Made by a program: the position numbers and the translations under genes
Shown: positions 9,363 to 18,124 of the stretch, one piece after another
Layout of the letters: every line of letters starts with the position of its first letter
Position numbering within the stretch: the stretch's first letter is position 1
Origin: Lachnospiraceae bacterium UBA2734
GTDB lineage: Bacteria > Bacillota > Clostridia > Lachnospirales > Lachnospiraceae
Direction of reading: 5' to 3'
NCBI GenBank assembly: GCA_002353635.1
Contig: DEKA01000005.1
Span: forward strand, 17,146-81,145
Length of the DNA stretch: 64,000 nt
Notes under the pieces: generated by a model
What the model was told of the DNA's origin: nothing
The model's database searches: none
The model's input: the letters and a program-made list of their open reading frames with translations, nothing else

Positions 9363-10091
9363 ATGAGCAATATCGCACTGATCTTTGCCGGCGGAACCGG
9401 CAAGAGAATGAACACGACATCCGGCCTTCCAAAGCAGTTCCTTGAGCTGTACGGCAAGCCTATCATTATCTACACACTGGACAAGTTCGAGAATGACGAC
9501 GATGTCGAGGGCATCGTCATCGCCTGTCTCGAGGCATACATTCCGAAGATGTGGAAGCTGTGTGCCAAGTTCCATATCACCAAGGTGGAGGCCATTGTTC
9601 CGGGCGGATCGACCGGACAGGAGTCCATCTACCACGGACTCAAGAAGGTACATGAGCTCCATCCGCAGGACGATACGGTCGTTCTCGTACACGACGGCGT
9701 GCGCCCGCTCGTGGATCCCCTGACGATCTCCAACAGCATCCGCGTCGCAAGAGAAAAAGGAAATGCCATCACAGTGACGCCTGCGACGGAGACAGTCATC
9801 CTCGACAGCAGTGACGACAAGGTCGGCACAATTCTCGACAGACACCAGTGCCAGCTCGCCAAGGCGCCGCAGACGTTCTTTGTCAAAGACCTCCTCGAGT
9901 GCCACGAGAAGGCGAGAGCTGAGGGAAGAAATGACTTCATCGACTCCGCCAATCTGATGCGTCACTATGGAAAAGAGCTGTACACCGTAGAGGGCAAGAC
10001 GGAGAACATCAAGATCACGACGCCGATTGACTACTATATTTTCAAGGCGATCATTACGGCAAAGGAAAGCTCCAATGCGTTCGGTCTCTAA
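9363..10091 (+). CDS. IspD/TarI-family sugar/alditol-phosphate cytidylyltransferase
   Basis: ALIFAGGTGKRM, PKQFL, GGSTGQESI, VHDGVRP, NIKITTP. Confidence 0.9.
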   Translation: MSNIALIFAGGTGKRMNTTSGLPKQFLELYGKPIIIYTLDKFENDDDVEGIVIACLEAYIPKMWKLCAKFHITKVEAIVPGGSTGQESIYHGLKKVHELHPQDDTVVLVHDGVRPLVDPLTISNSIRVAREKGNAITVTPATETVILDSSDDKVGTILDRHQCQLAKAPQTFFVKDLLECHEKARAEGRNDFIDSANLMRHYGKELYTVEGKTENIKITTPIDYYIFKAIITAKESSNAFGL

Positions 10092-10512
10092 GCGGGATCG
10101 AAGACGCGCAGGAATTCTCATCGCCGGTGCAGCGCTCGTGCTGGCCATTGCCATTCTGCATCCCTGGTATGTGCGGTATATGACCAGATACAACAGCGAG
10201 GTGTGTGAGAAGGCGCGCTTTGTCCTAGAGGACCGCTATAACCACCGCGTGGAGGAGCAGATGAAGCAGGGCGTATCCCTGAATGATATTGATTATGAGG
10301 ATGCCCTGCGGCAGGCTGTCAGACAGGAGTTCGGCGCAGATCTGACGGCGGTCAGGAGCGGGGAGTACGAGGTGAAGGGGATCTGCCGCGCGGGCGGCAC
10401 ATATACCATTTACATGGACCCTTCGACCCACAGAATAAAGACACACTGCAGTTATCCGGGACACGGAGATTATCAGATGTTTACAACGCCTTTTGGGACG
10501 AAGCAGGCGTGA
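10075..10512 (+). CDS. Membrane-anchored pilin-like protein with Cys3His motif
   Basis: Basic leader, hydrophobic helix ending in Pro, then EVC..R, ICRAGGTYT and HCSYPGH as in clostridial type IV pilin-like heads; start overlaps the upstream gene. Confidence 0.55.
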   Translation: MRSVSKRDRRRAGILIAGAALVLAIAILHPWYVRYMTRYNSEVCEKARFVLEDRYNHRVEEQMKQGVSLNDIDYEDALRQAVRQEFGADLTAVRSGEYEVKGICRAGGTYTIYMDPSTHRIKTHCSYPGHGDYQMFTTPFGTKQA

Positions 10513-10598
10513 ACATGGAATGACGTTCAGCAGACGCATCTGTATGATCAGTCCTTCCGGGCGTCACTGAACAAGAACAGAAAGGTTATCAGGATATT

Positions 10599-11942
10599 AT
10601 GTTGGTAGGGAGAGTAATCGCAAAAAAATGCCGGCGCCTCTATCCGGTTATGGTCGAGGGCAAATTCTTCAAGAGGATCGGCAACTGCTTCAAGCAGTTC
10701 TTTACATGGCTGGATCGGAAAATAGGCTACGGCGCAAGATGCATTCTTTCCCGGCACACAAAGGTCAATGACAATCAGGTGCTGTTCTTTGCGTTCAACC
10801 ACATGATCAGCTGCAACCTCAAGTACATCAGCGAGGAACTGATCCGGCGGGAGGCTCCCGTGGAGATTTACTGGGCAGTGGCAACGCCGGCAAAGAACCA
10901 CGTGGACACAAAGGAGATTCTGGCAAAAGAGTTCGGCACACTCTCCAGTAATGATCCTCATGTGAAGGAGCTGAAGGCGTACGTGAAAGAGCACGTGCAC
11001 ATCATTCAGCGCAACACCTATGAGTTCTTCCAGATTGCGGCATCGTCCAAGGTGATCATCATCAACTCCCTTCTTGGAGACAAGTTCTTCCCCTTCCCTG
11101 TAAAGAAGAACCAGATCGTGGCCGAGACGTGGCACGGCTCCCTTGGCATCAAGAGATTTGATCCCGCACACTACAACACGAACATGTCCTGGCCGGTTGC
11201 GGCAGAGAGAACGGGGCGCCTCACGTCATACTGCATCTCCAACTCGACGTTTGAGGATGCTGTTTTCAGGGAGACATTCTGGCAGAAGACGCCGATCCTC
11301 AAGCTCGGACATGCGAGAAATGATATCTTCTTCCCGCAGTTCGCAAAGACGAGGGAATACCTTCGGAGTGAGTTCATTGACGATTACAGCCTTCCGGCCG
11401 ATGTACACTTCGCATTGTATGCGCCCACATTCAGAGATGATCATAACTTTGAGGTCTATGATCTGAATGCGCACCAGATCGTAGAGGCTCTGAAGAAGAG
11501 ATTCGGCGGCGACTGGAGACTTCTTCTTCGCTACCACGACAACGACAAGAAGAATGAGGTCTCGAGCAATACAGTGTCATCGAATGAGGTCATTGACGTG
11601 ACCGCTTATCCTGATATGCAGGAGCTCCTGGCCATCACGGACGTCGGCATCACGGATTACTCCTCCTGGATCTATGACTATGTGCTCAAGAGAAAGCCCG
11701 GCTTTATCTTCGCCATGGATATCGACGAGTACAACAACGAGCGCGGATTTTATTTCCGCCTTGAGGATACGCCTTTTCCCGTTGCGCGGGATTCCGATGA
11801 GCTGGCAGCGAACATTGCACAGTTCGACGACGCACTCTATCAGAAGAAAATCGATGCGTTTCTTGCGGACAAGGGTTCCATCGACGACGGCAATGCGGCA
11901 GTGCGCATAGCGGATCAGGTTCTTGCGTGGACGAAGGGCTGA
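10599..11942 (+). CDS. CDP-glycerol/alditol glycerophosphotransferase (TagF/TagB family)
   Basis: ETWHGSLGIKR, GHARND, LYAPTFRDD, DMQELL..TDVGITDYSS; true start may be slightly downstream. Confidence 0.9.
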   Translation: MLVGRVIAKKCRRLYPVMVEGKFFKRIGNCFKQFFTWLDRKIGYGARCILSRHTKVNDNQVLFFAFNHMISCNLKYISEELIRREAPVEIYWAVATPAKNHVDTKEILAKEFGTLSSNDPHVKELKAYVKEHVHIIQRNTYEFFQIAASSKVIIINSLLGDKFFPFPVKKNQIVAETWHGSLGIKRFDPAHYNTNMSWPVAAERTGRLTSYCISNSTFEDAVFRETFWQKTPILKLGHARNDIFFPQFAKTREYLRSEFIDDYSLPADVHFALYAPTFRDDHNFEVYDLNAHQIVEALKKRFGGDWRLLLRYHDNDKKNEVSSNTVSSNEVIDVTAYPDMQELLAITDVGITDYSSWIYDYVLKRKPGFIFAMDIDEYNNERGFYFRLEDTPFPVARDSDELAANIAQFDDALYQKKIDAFLADKGSIDDGNAAVRIADQVLAWTKG

Positions 11943-12064
11943 GCGGATTGGCGGGTTGATGAAGAACGGGGCAGATCTGAAAATTTCACTGAGTGGGGCC
12001 TGCGGGCCTCGAGTTTGCGTGCAAACGGTTTTTACAGTGAGGCTTCGCAGCAGGGAGCAGGGAA

Positions 12065-13144
12065 TTGAAAAAGAGAAACGGATCAATTGATTTTCTGCGC
12101 TTTATCTTCGCGGTGATCATCATGCTCCATCACTCACGTTACGTGGTGGGGTACGACAACTGCGTCTTTGCAGGCGGGTCCCTCGGCGTTGAGTTCTTCT
12201 TTCTTGTGTCCGGCTATCTGATGGCAGCCTCCGCAGAGAGGGCAGCCAAGAGGTCAAAGACACAGAGTCTTGGCAGCGAGACTTTTCAGTTTCTGAAGAG
12301 AAAAATCCTGCCGATTTATCCAGAGTTTCTGATCGGGTGGCTCATCGGCCTCTTTGTCATGATCTTTGCCCATCATCTGCGCGGAGCGGAGATTGTAAAG
12401 AGCATCGGCAAATGGATCTTCGAGCCTCTTCTTCTGGAGATGACAGGCCTGTTCACCGGCGGATTCGACGGCGTTGTCTGGTATATCGGCTCTATGCTCC
12501 TGTGCATGGCACTATTGTATCCGCTGCTGCGCAGGTATCCGGACATGATGAAGAAGGTTGCGGCACCGATTTTTGCGGTGCTCCTTTTTGGCTTTCTCTG
12601 CCAGAACTACAGCCATCCGAGAGATCCTGCGGTATGGACGGGGCTTGTGATGAAGGGGAATATACGCGCGATGGCTGATCTCCTTCTCGGCGTTGTGAGC
12701 TGGCAGTTCTGCGGACATCTGAAGGCACTGCCTTTGAACCGCCTCGGGCAGGCCCTCTGTCTCTTCGCTGAGATCCTTCTCTATGGCGCCGTCATCGTCT
12801 ACATGTACACACAAATCCCGACCAACTGGGATTACCTCTTTATTCTTCTGCTGTTCCTTGCTGTGACGCTCTCGTTCAGCGGGCAGGCGCTTGGAAGCAG
12901 CCTGTTCGACAATGCAGTGAGCAGATGGCTGACCAGATACTCGACGGCGCTGTATTTTGGGCATCTCTATATAGCGACGAACATGGACGCCATCATGCAT
13001 GGCGGCACGGGGGCAGAGAGAATCGGTGTCTACGCAGCGCTGGCTTTTCTGAACGGACTTATCGTCATGGCGCTTGCCTCTTTGTACAGGCGCATGAAGC
13101 CGGCAGCCGGGAGGATTCTACGCAGAGCATTTCTTTTAAGGTAA
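12065..13144 (+). CDS. Acyltransferase-3 (OafA-like) membrane O-acyltransferase
   Basis: RNGSIDFLRF..IMLHH, GVEFFFLVSGY, VWYI; about 10 TMs; TTG start. Confidence 0.85.
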   Translation: MKKRNGSIDFLRFIFAVIIMLHHSRYVVGYDNCVFAGGSLGVEFFFLVSGYLMAASAERAAKRSKTQSLGSETFQFLKRKILPIYPEFLIGWLIGLFVMIFAHHLRGAEIVKSIGKWIFEPLLLEMTGLFTGGFDGVVWYIGSMLLCMALLYPLLRRYPDMMKKVAAPIFAVLLFGFLCQNYSHPRDPAVWTGLVMKGNIRAMADLLLGVVSWQFCGHLKALPLNRLGQALCLFAEILLYGAVIVYMYTQIPTNWDYLFILLLFLAVTLSFSGQALGSSLFDNAVSRWLTRYSTALYFGHLYIATNMDAIMHGGTGAERIGVYAALAFLNGLIVMALASLYRRMKPAAGRILRRAFLLR

Positions 13145-13154
13145 TCTGGAGCGT

Positions 13155-13931
13155 ATGGAAAAGATCTCGAAAACAATTCAACAGTACTGGTTTATGTTCG
13201 AGGAGCTCGTAAACCGCGACTTCAAGCAGCGCTACAAGAGAAGCGTTCTGGGCATGGCCTGGTCTATTCTCTCGCCCCTTATGACACTGCTCGTGATGCG
13301 CGTTATTTTCACGCAGTTCTTCTCAAAAGATATTCCGCACTACACGATTTACCTCTTTTCAGGCAATATCGTTATGTCTTATTTTCGCGAGTCCACAAGA
13401 CAGGGCATGAGGTCGCTGGTCTCCAACTCAAAGATCTTTACGAAAATAAATGTGCCCAAGTACCTCTTCCTCCTCTCGAAGAATGTATCGGCACTTGTGA
13501 ACTTCGGCCTGACGCTTGTTGTCTATTTTGCCTTCTGCGTGATGGATCACATCACCTTCACGCCGAAGATGATCCTGCTCGTGTTCCCGGTTCTGTGCCT
13601 TCTTGTCATGAACATCGGCATCGGCGGGATCCTGTCGGCCATGTATGTCTTTTTTGAGGATACGTCCTATCTCTACGACGTTCTGCTCACGCTCCTCAAC
13701 TACATGTCGGCCATCTTCTATTCGATCGACAAGTTCCCGCAGTCCATGCAGATGATGTACATGCTCAACCCTGTTTATGTGTACATCAAGTATTTCCGCC
13801 TGATTGTGATCGACGGCATCATCCCCTCCCTGGGGTATCATGTGCTGTGTGTCTTCTATGCGGTGTTCTATCTGGCACTTGGCATGTATATTTACAAGAA
13901 ATTCAATCATGATTTCTTGTACTATTTATAA
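13155..13931 (+). CDS. ABC-2 polysaccharide/teichoic acid exporter permease (Wzm/TagG-like)
   Basis: ELVNRDFKQRYKRSVLGMAWSILSPL, six TMs, LNP motif. Confidence 0.92.
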   Translation: MEKISKTIQQYWFMFEELVNRDFKQRYKRSVLGMAWSILSPLMTLLVMRVIFTQFFSKDIPHYTIYLFSGNIVMSYFRESTRQGMRSLVSNSKIFTKINVPKYLFLLSKNVSALVNFGLTLVVYFAFCVMDHITFTPKMILLVFPVLCLLVMNIGIGGILSAMYVFFEDTSYLYDVLLTLLNYMSAIFYSIDKFPQSMQMMYMLNPVYVYIKYFRLIVIDGIIPSLGYHVLCVFYAVFYLALGMYIYKKFNHDFLYYL

Positions 13932-13999
13932 TTGTTCAGCACCCCAGAAAAGTCTGAAAATCCGGATGGGGAGCCCGCTTACTATCATCAGGAAACATT

Positions 14000-14914
14000 A
14001 TGAGTGTGATCGACTGCAGTCATGTCAGCATCCGTTACATCACGGGTGACTTCAAATCAATAGGTCTTAAGGAATATATCGTGAGACGCCTCACGAACAA
14101 TTACCACGTCAAGGAATTCTGGGCGGACAAGGACATCACGTTCCAGCTCGAGAAGGGCGATATGCTGGGCATCATCGGCACAAACGGCGCCGGCAAGTCG
14201 ACGCTTCTGAAGGCCATCACCGGCATCATGGTGCCGACGGGCGGAGAGATCAAAGTGAAGGGCAATATCGCAGCGCTCCTGGAGCTGGCTTCCGGCTTCG
14301 ACGGCGATATGACGGTGCGTGAGAATACATATCTGCGCGGTGCTCTTCTTGGCTACACGCGGCGCTTTCTCGATGAAAAGTACGACGAGATCATCCGCTT
14401 CGCCGAGCTCCAGGACTTTCAGGACTACATGTTCAAGCAGCTCAGCTCCGGCATGAAGTCAAGACTTGCCTTCTCCATCGCCTGCCTTGTCAATCCTGAC
14501 ATTCTCATTCTCGATGAGGTCCTCTCTGTGGGCGACGGCGCCTTCCGCAAGAAGTCCGGCGACAAGATGAAGGAGATCATCAGCGGCGGCGTGACCGCTA
14601 TTCTTGTCAGTCACGTGATGCCGCAGGTGCGGGAGCTGTGCAACAAGATTCTCTGGCTCGACCACGGCAAGCAGGTTATTTTCACGGATGATGCGGAGCT
14701 GGCCTGCGATGCATATGAGGAGTTTCTCGCACAGAAGAAAAAGAAACCGCCGAAGACCGTTGAGGAGATGAGGACGCTCCAGAGAGCATGGCACATCCGC
14801 CAGGAGAAGGAGACGGCCGAGAAGGCGAAGAAGGCCGCGGAAAAGGCCGCAAAAGAGGCAAAGGCGGCGCACGAGAAGGCTGAGGCCGACCGGAAGGCGC
14901 TACAGAACAATTGA
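14000..14914 (+). CDS. ABC exporter ATP-binding subunit (Wzt/TagH-like)
   Basis: GTNGAGKST, LSSGMKSRLAFS, ILILDEVLSVGD; Ala/Glu/Lys-rich tail. Confidence 0.93.
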   Translation: MSVIDCSHVSIRYITGDFKSIGLKEYIVRRLTNNYHVKEFWADKDITFQLEKGDMLGIIGTNGAGKSTLLKAITGIMVPTGGEIKVKGNIAALLELASGFDGDMTVRENTYLRGALLGYTRRFLDEKYDEIIRFAELQDFQDYMFKQLSSGMKSRLAFSIACLVNPDILILDEVLSVGDGAFRKKSGDKMKEIISGGVTAILVSHVMPQVRELCNKILWLDHGKQVIFTDDAELACDAYEEFLAQKKKKPPKTVEEMRTLQRAWHIRQEKETAEKAKKAAEKAAKEAKAAHEKAEADRKALQNN

Positions 14915-15035
14915 TCCGTGCACGGAGGAGACGCCTGCATTCGGCGCATTTGAAAGCGTGATTTACAAACGGCCATGTATCAGGAATTTTTGTGCGTAAT
15001 TTGTGGGTAATGCATAAGAAAGTGCAGAGAGAAAA

Positions 15036-16232
15036 ATGAGCAGCGGAAAGACAAATGAAAAGAGCGCACTGCAGGAAGACCTTGCACACAATGCAGGGTC
15101 ACCCATTGTTACAGAGAATCTGGATGCCCTGCGCGGCGCCTCTGTACTGGTGACGGGGGCGACGGGCCTCATCGGGTCTGAGATGGTGCGCACGCTCGAC
15201 TGCATCAATAAGGTACACGGGCTGCACATGCAGATTCTCGCGCTGGTCCGCAACAGGAAAAAGGCAGAAGATATTTACGGCGCTCTTCTTTCGGAGGGGA
15301 GAGTGAGGCTTGTCCTCGCAGATCTTACGGAGGATAGCTTTGTGCAGAGCGTTCTTCAGGAGATCAGCGGGAAACCGGCAGATCAGACTTCGGGCGCCGG
15401 AAGAGAGGCTGTCTCTTCTGACAGCAGTCTGCCTTCGGACAACGGCGGAGAACGCGGAGCAGGGGTACACATCGACTATATCATCCACTGCGCGGCCGTC
15501 ACCACCTCAAAGACGATGGTGCAAAAGCCCGTAGAGACTATAGTGACCGCGATCCGCGGCACACAGAACATGCTGGAGCTGGCGAGGGAGACCCACTGCC
15601 GCTCGTTTGTCTATGTCTCCTCTATGGAGATGTACGGGGATCTCTCCGTGTACGGCACGGATACGAGGGCAGATGAACAGAGAATCGGGTATCTGAATCC
15701 GCTTATCGTACGCAGCAACTACCCTGAGAGCAAGAGAATGTGCGAAAACCTTTGCGCCGGGTATGTCAGCGAATACGGTGTCCCTGTGAAAATAGCGCGC
15801 CTTGCGCAGACCTTCGGCGCAGGAATTCTGCCGACAGAAAACCGCGTGTTCGCGCAGTTCGCAAGAAGCGCAATTGCGGGGAAGGACATCGTGCTGCACA
15901 CCAGGGGCCTGTCTGAGGGCAACTACTGCTACACGGCCGACTGCATCCGGGGACTGCTCACCATTCTCCTGAAGGGCAGCAGCGGTGAGGCCTATAACGT
16001 TGTCAATGAGAGCACGCACACGACGATCGCCGGCATGGCACAGATGGTGGCCGATGAGATTGCAGGCGGAAAAATCCATGTCGTCTTCGACATTCCGGAG
16101 ACGAACACCTACGGCTATGCGGCAGATACGAAGCTCACCCTCCTCTCCGGGAAGCTGTGCGGTCTTGGCTGGAAGCCGGAGATCGGCCTTCCCGACATGT
16201 ACCGCAGGATGATGAAAGACATGGTAAGATAG
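15036..16232 (+). CDS. Extended SDR NAD-dependent epimerase/reductase (possible CDP-pentulose reductase)
   Basis: VTGATGLIG, YVSSMEMYG, YPESKR; ~35-aa insertion before IDYIIH. Confidence 0.85.
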   Translation: MSSGKTNEKSALQEDLAHNAGSPIVTENLDALRGASVLVTGATGLIGSEMVRTLDCINKVHGLHMQILALVRNRKKAEDIYGALLSEGRVRLVLADLTEDSFVQSVLQEISGKPADQTSGAGREAVSSDSSLPSDNGGERGAGVHIDYIIHCAAVTTSKTMVQKPVETIVTAIRGTQNMLELARETHCRSFVYVSSMEMYGDLSVYGTDTRADEQRIGYLNPLIVRSNYPESKRMCENLCAGYVSEYGVPVKIARLAQTFGAGILPTENRVFAQFARSAIAGKDIVLHTRGLSEGNYCYTADCIRGLLTILLKGSSGEAYNVVNESTHTTIAGMAQMVADEIAGGKIHVVFDIPETNTYGYAADTKLTLLSGKLCGLGWKPEIGLPDMYRRMMKDMVR

Positions 16233-16245
16233 TATAGAGTTTTAA

Positions 16246-17430
16246 ATGGAGGGTACCCTGCGCATGCCCCGTAAGAACGCAGATAATCAGCAACTTCATA
16301 TTGCGATGATCGGACAAAAGCGCGTGCCCTCGAGGGAGGGCGGCGTCGAGATTGTTGTCTGGGAGATGGCGCAGAGACTGGTCCGCATGGGACACCTCGT
16401 GGACTGCTACAATCGCTCCGGCTATCACATTCATCCGAGAGACTACGACACAAAGCCTGGAATGCCAGGCAGATATGACGGCGGCGTGCGCATCATCACG
16501 GTGCCCACTTTCCGCAATGTTAAGCTCAATGCCATTGTCTATTCCGTGCTGGCTTCCTTCCGTGTTCTCTTTACGCACTACGATGTGATTCATTACCACG
16601 CGGAGGGGCCTAGCATTATGTGCTGGCTGCCAAAGCTCTTTGGCAGAAAGGTTGTCGTCACGATCCACGGTCTCGACTGGCAGAGATCCAAGTGGGGCCA
16701 TTTTGCTTCCCGCATGCTCAGGATGGGAGAGAAGACCGCCGTGAAGAATGCGGATGAGATCATTGTTCTCTCTAAGAACCTGCAGGAATATTTTCAGAAG
16801 GAATATGGACGAAAGACCCGCTTTATTCCGAACGGAATCAACCGGGGATACAGGCTGCAGGCGGATCTCATCAGGACCAGATACGGTCTGCGGGGCGGCG
16901 ATTATTACATGTCGCTCTCGAGAATCGTGCCGGAGAAGGGGATTCATTACCTCGTCGAGGCGTTCCGGAAGACAAAGACGGATAAAAAGCTCCTGATCTG
17001 CGGCGGAAGCGGCGGCACGGACGAGTATTATCACGAGATTGAGAAGATGGCGGCAGAGGATCCCAGAATCATCATGACGGGGTTCATCGAGGGGGAGGAG
17101 CTGGAGGAGCTCCTCTCGAATGCCTACTGCTATGTGCTCCCTTCAGATGTGGAGGGCATGGCCATCTCCCTTCTTGAGGCCATGAGCTACGGCAACTGCT
17201 GTCTCGTGAGCGATATTAAAGAGAACACTGAGGTCGTCAGAGACCACGCTGTGACCTTTCGGAAAGGGGATGTGGAGGATCTGCGGGAGAAGCTCCAGAT
17301 GCTCGAGGACAATCCGGACACCGCAGCTTCCTACAGGGATACCGCGGCGGACTTCATCTGCGGCGAGCACAGCTGGGATGAGATGGTGGAGGAGACCGTG
17401 AAGCTCTACCGCGAGGTGTGCAGCCGCTGA
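16246..17430 (+). CDS. GT4 glycosyltransferase
   Basis: IAMIGQKRVPSREGGVE, TIHGLDWQR, SRIVPEKG, PSDVEGMAISLLEAMSYG (EX7E). Confidence 0.92.
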   Translation: MEGTLRMPRKNADNQQLHIAMIGQKRVPSREGGVEIVVWEMAQRLVRMGHLVDCYNRSGYHIHPRDYDTKPGMPGRYDGGVRIITVPTFRNVKLNAIVYSVLASFRVLFTHYDVIHYHAEGPSIMCWLPKLFGRKVVVTIHGLDWQRSKWGHFASRMLRMGEKTAVKNADEIIVLSKNLQEYFQKEYGRKTRFIPNGINRGYRLQADLIRTRYGLRGGDYYMSLSRIVPEKGIHYLVEAFRKTKTDKKLLICGGSGGTDEYYHEIEKMAAEDPRIIMTGFIEGEELEELLSNAYCYVLPSDVEGMAISLLEAMSYGNCCLVSDIKENTEVVRDHAVTFRKGDVEDLREKLQMLEDNPDTAASYRDTAADFICGEHSWDEMVEETVKLYREVCSR

Positions 17431-17533
17431 GTGTTCTTTCCGGAGCATTCATGTGATCAACCAGAAAGGGAGTAAGGATTCTGACGCCGATCAGCAGTCG
17501 GCGCGGCTGGTATTTTAAGAAGCGCAAAGGGGA

Positions 17534-18013
17534 ATGATCATGAGCGGATGTCTTCTGCGGTATGCCGCAGACAATGAGGAGGACTGCCGTCTTCTGTACA
17601 ACTGGAGAAATGATGCTGAGGTTCGGAAGAACTCTTTTCATCAGGAGGAGATCGCCTATGAGGACCATGAGAAGTGGTTCCATGCTGTGCTGAAGGATCC
17701 GAACCGGCGCATCTACATCATGATGGCGAGAGATATCATGCGCAGTTTTCCTGTAGGCGTCATCCGCGCCGATGTGGACGGCGATGAGGCGGAGCTCTCC
17801 TACAGCATTGACAGGGACCAGAGATCAAAAGGCTACGGCACGGAGATCGTAAACCTCGCCTCAGAGGAGATTCCCTTCGATTACCCTGATGTGAAGAAGC
17901 TCACGGCAAAGGTGAAGACGGACAACACTTACTCGCAGACCATTTTTGTGCGCAATGGATTCTTTCCGGCAAAGCGGCTGCCGGAGTACATCCTGTATCT
18001 GAAGAGACTTTGA
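17534..18013 (+). CDS. GNAT N-acetyltransferase, PseH-like
   Basis: LLYNWRND.EVRKNSF, EDHEKWF, QRSKGYG acetyl-CoA motif, N..S..IF..NGF. Confidence 0.75.
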   Translation: MIMSGCLLRYAADNEEDCRLLYNWRNDAEVRKNSFHQEEIAYEDHEKWFHAVLKDPNRRIYIMMARDIMRSFPVGVIRADVDGDEAELSYSIDRDQRSKGYGTEIVNLASEEIPFDYPDVKKLTAKVKTDNTYSQTIFVRNGFFPAKRLPEYILYLKRL

Positions 18014-18124
18014 TCGAACTGTCTCTGCGCCGGAATTATTGCAGCAGGATGCACGGGCATTATCCTGCGGGATCGCCCGCACAGCTGCCGCACTGATGCC
18101 GGCGGAGCAGTCATAGGAGAGCGT

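Noticed and set aside
9363-10091. Calling this ispD of the MEP pathway
   Set aside because: Context (LicD, TagF-like, SDR) favours CDP-alditol synthesis; no ispF adjacent
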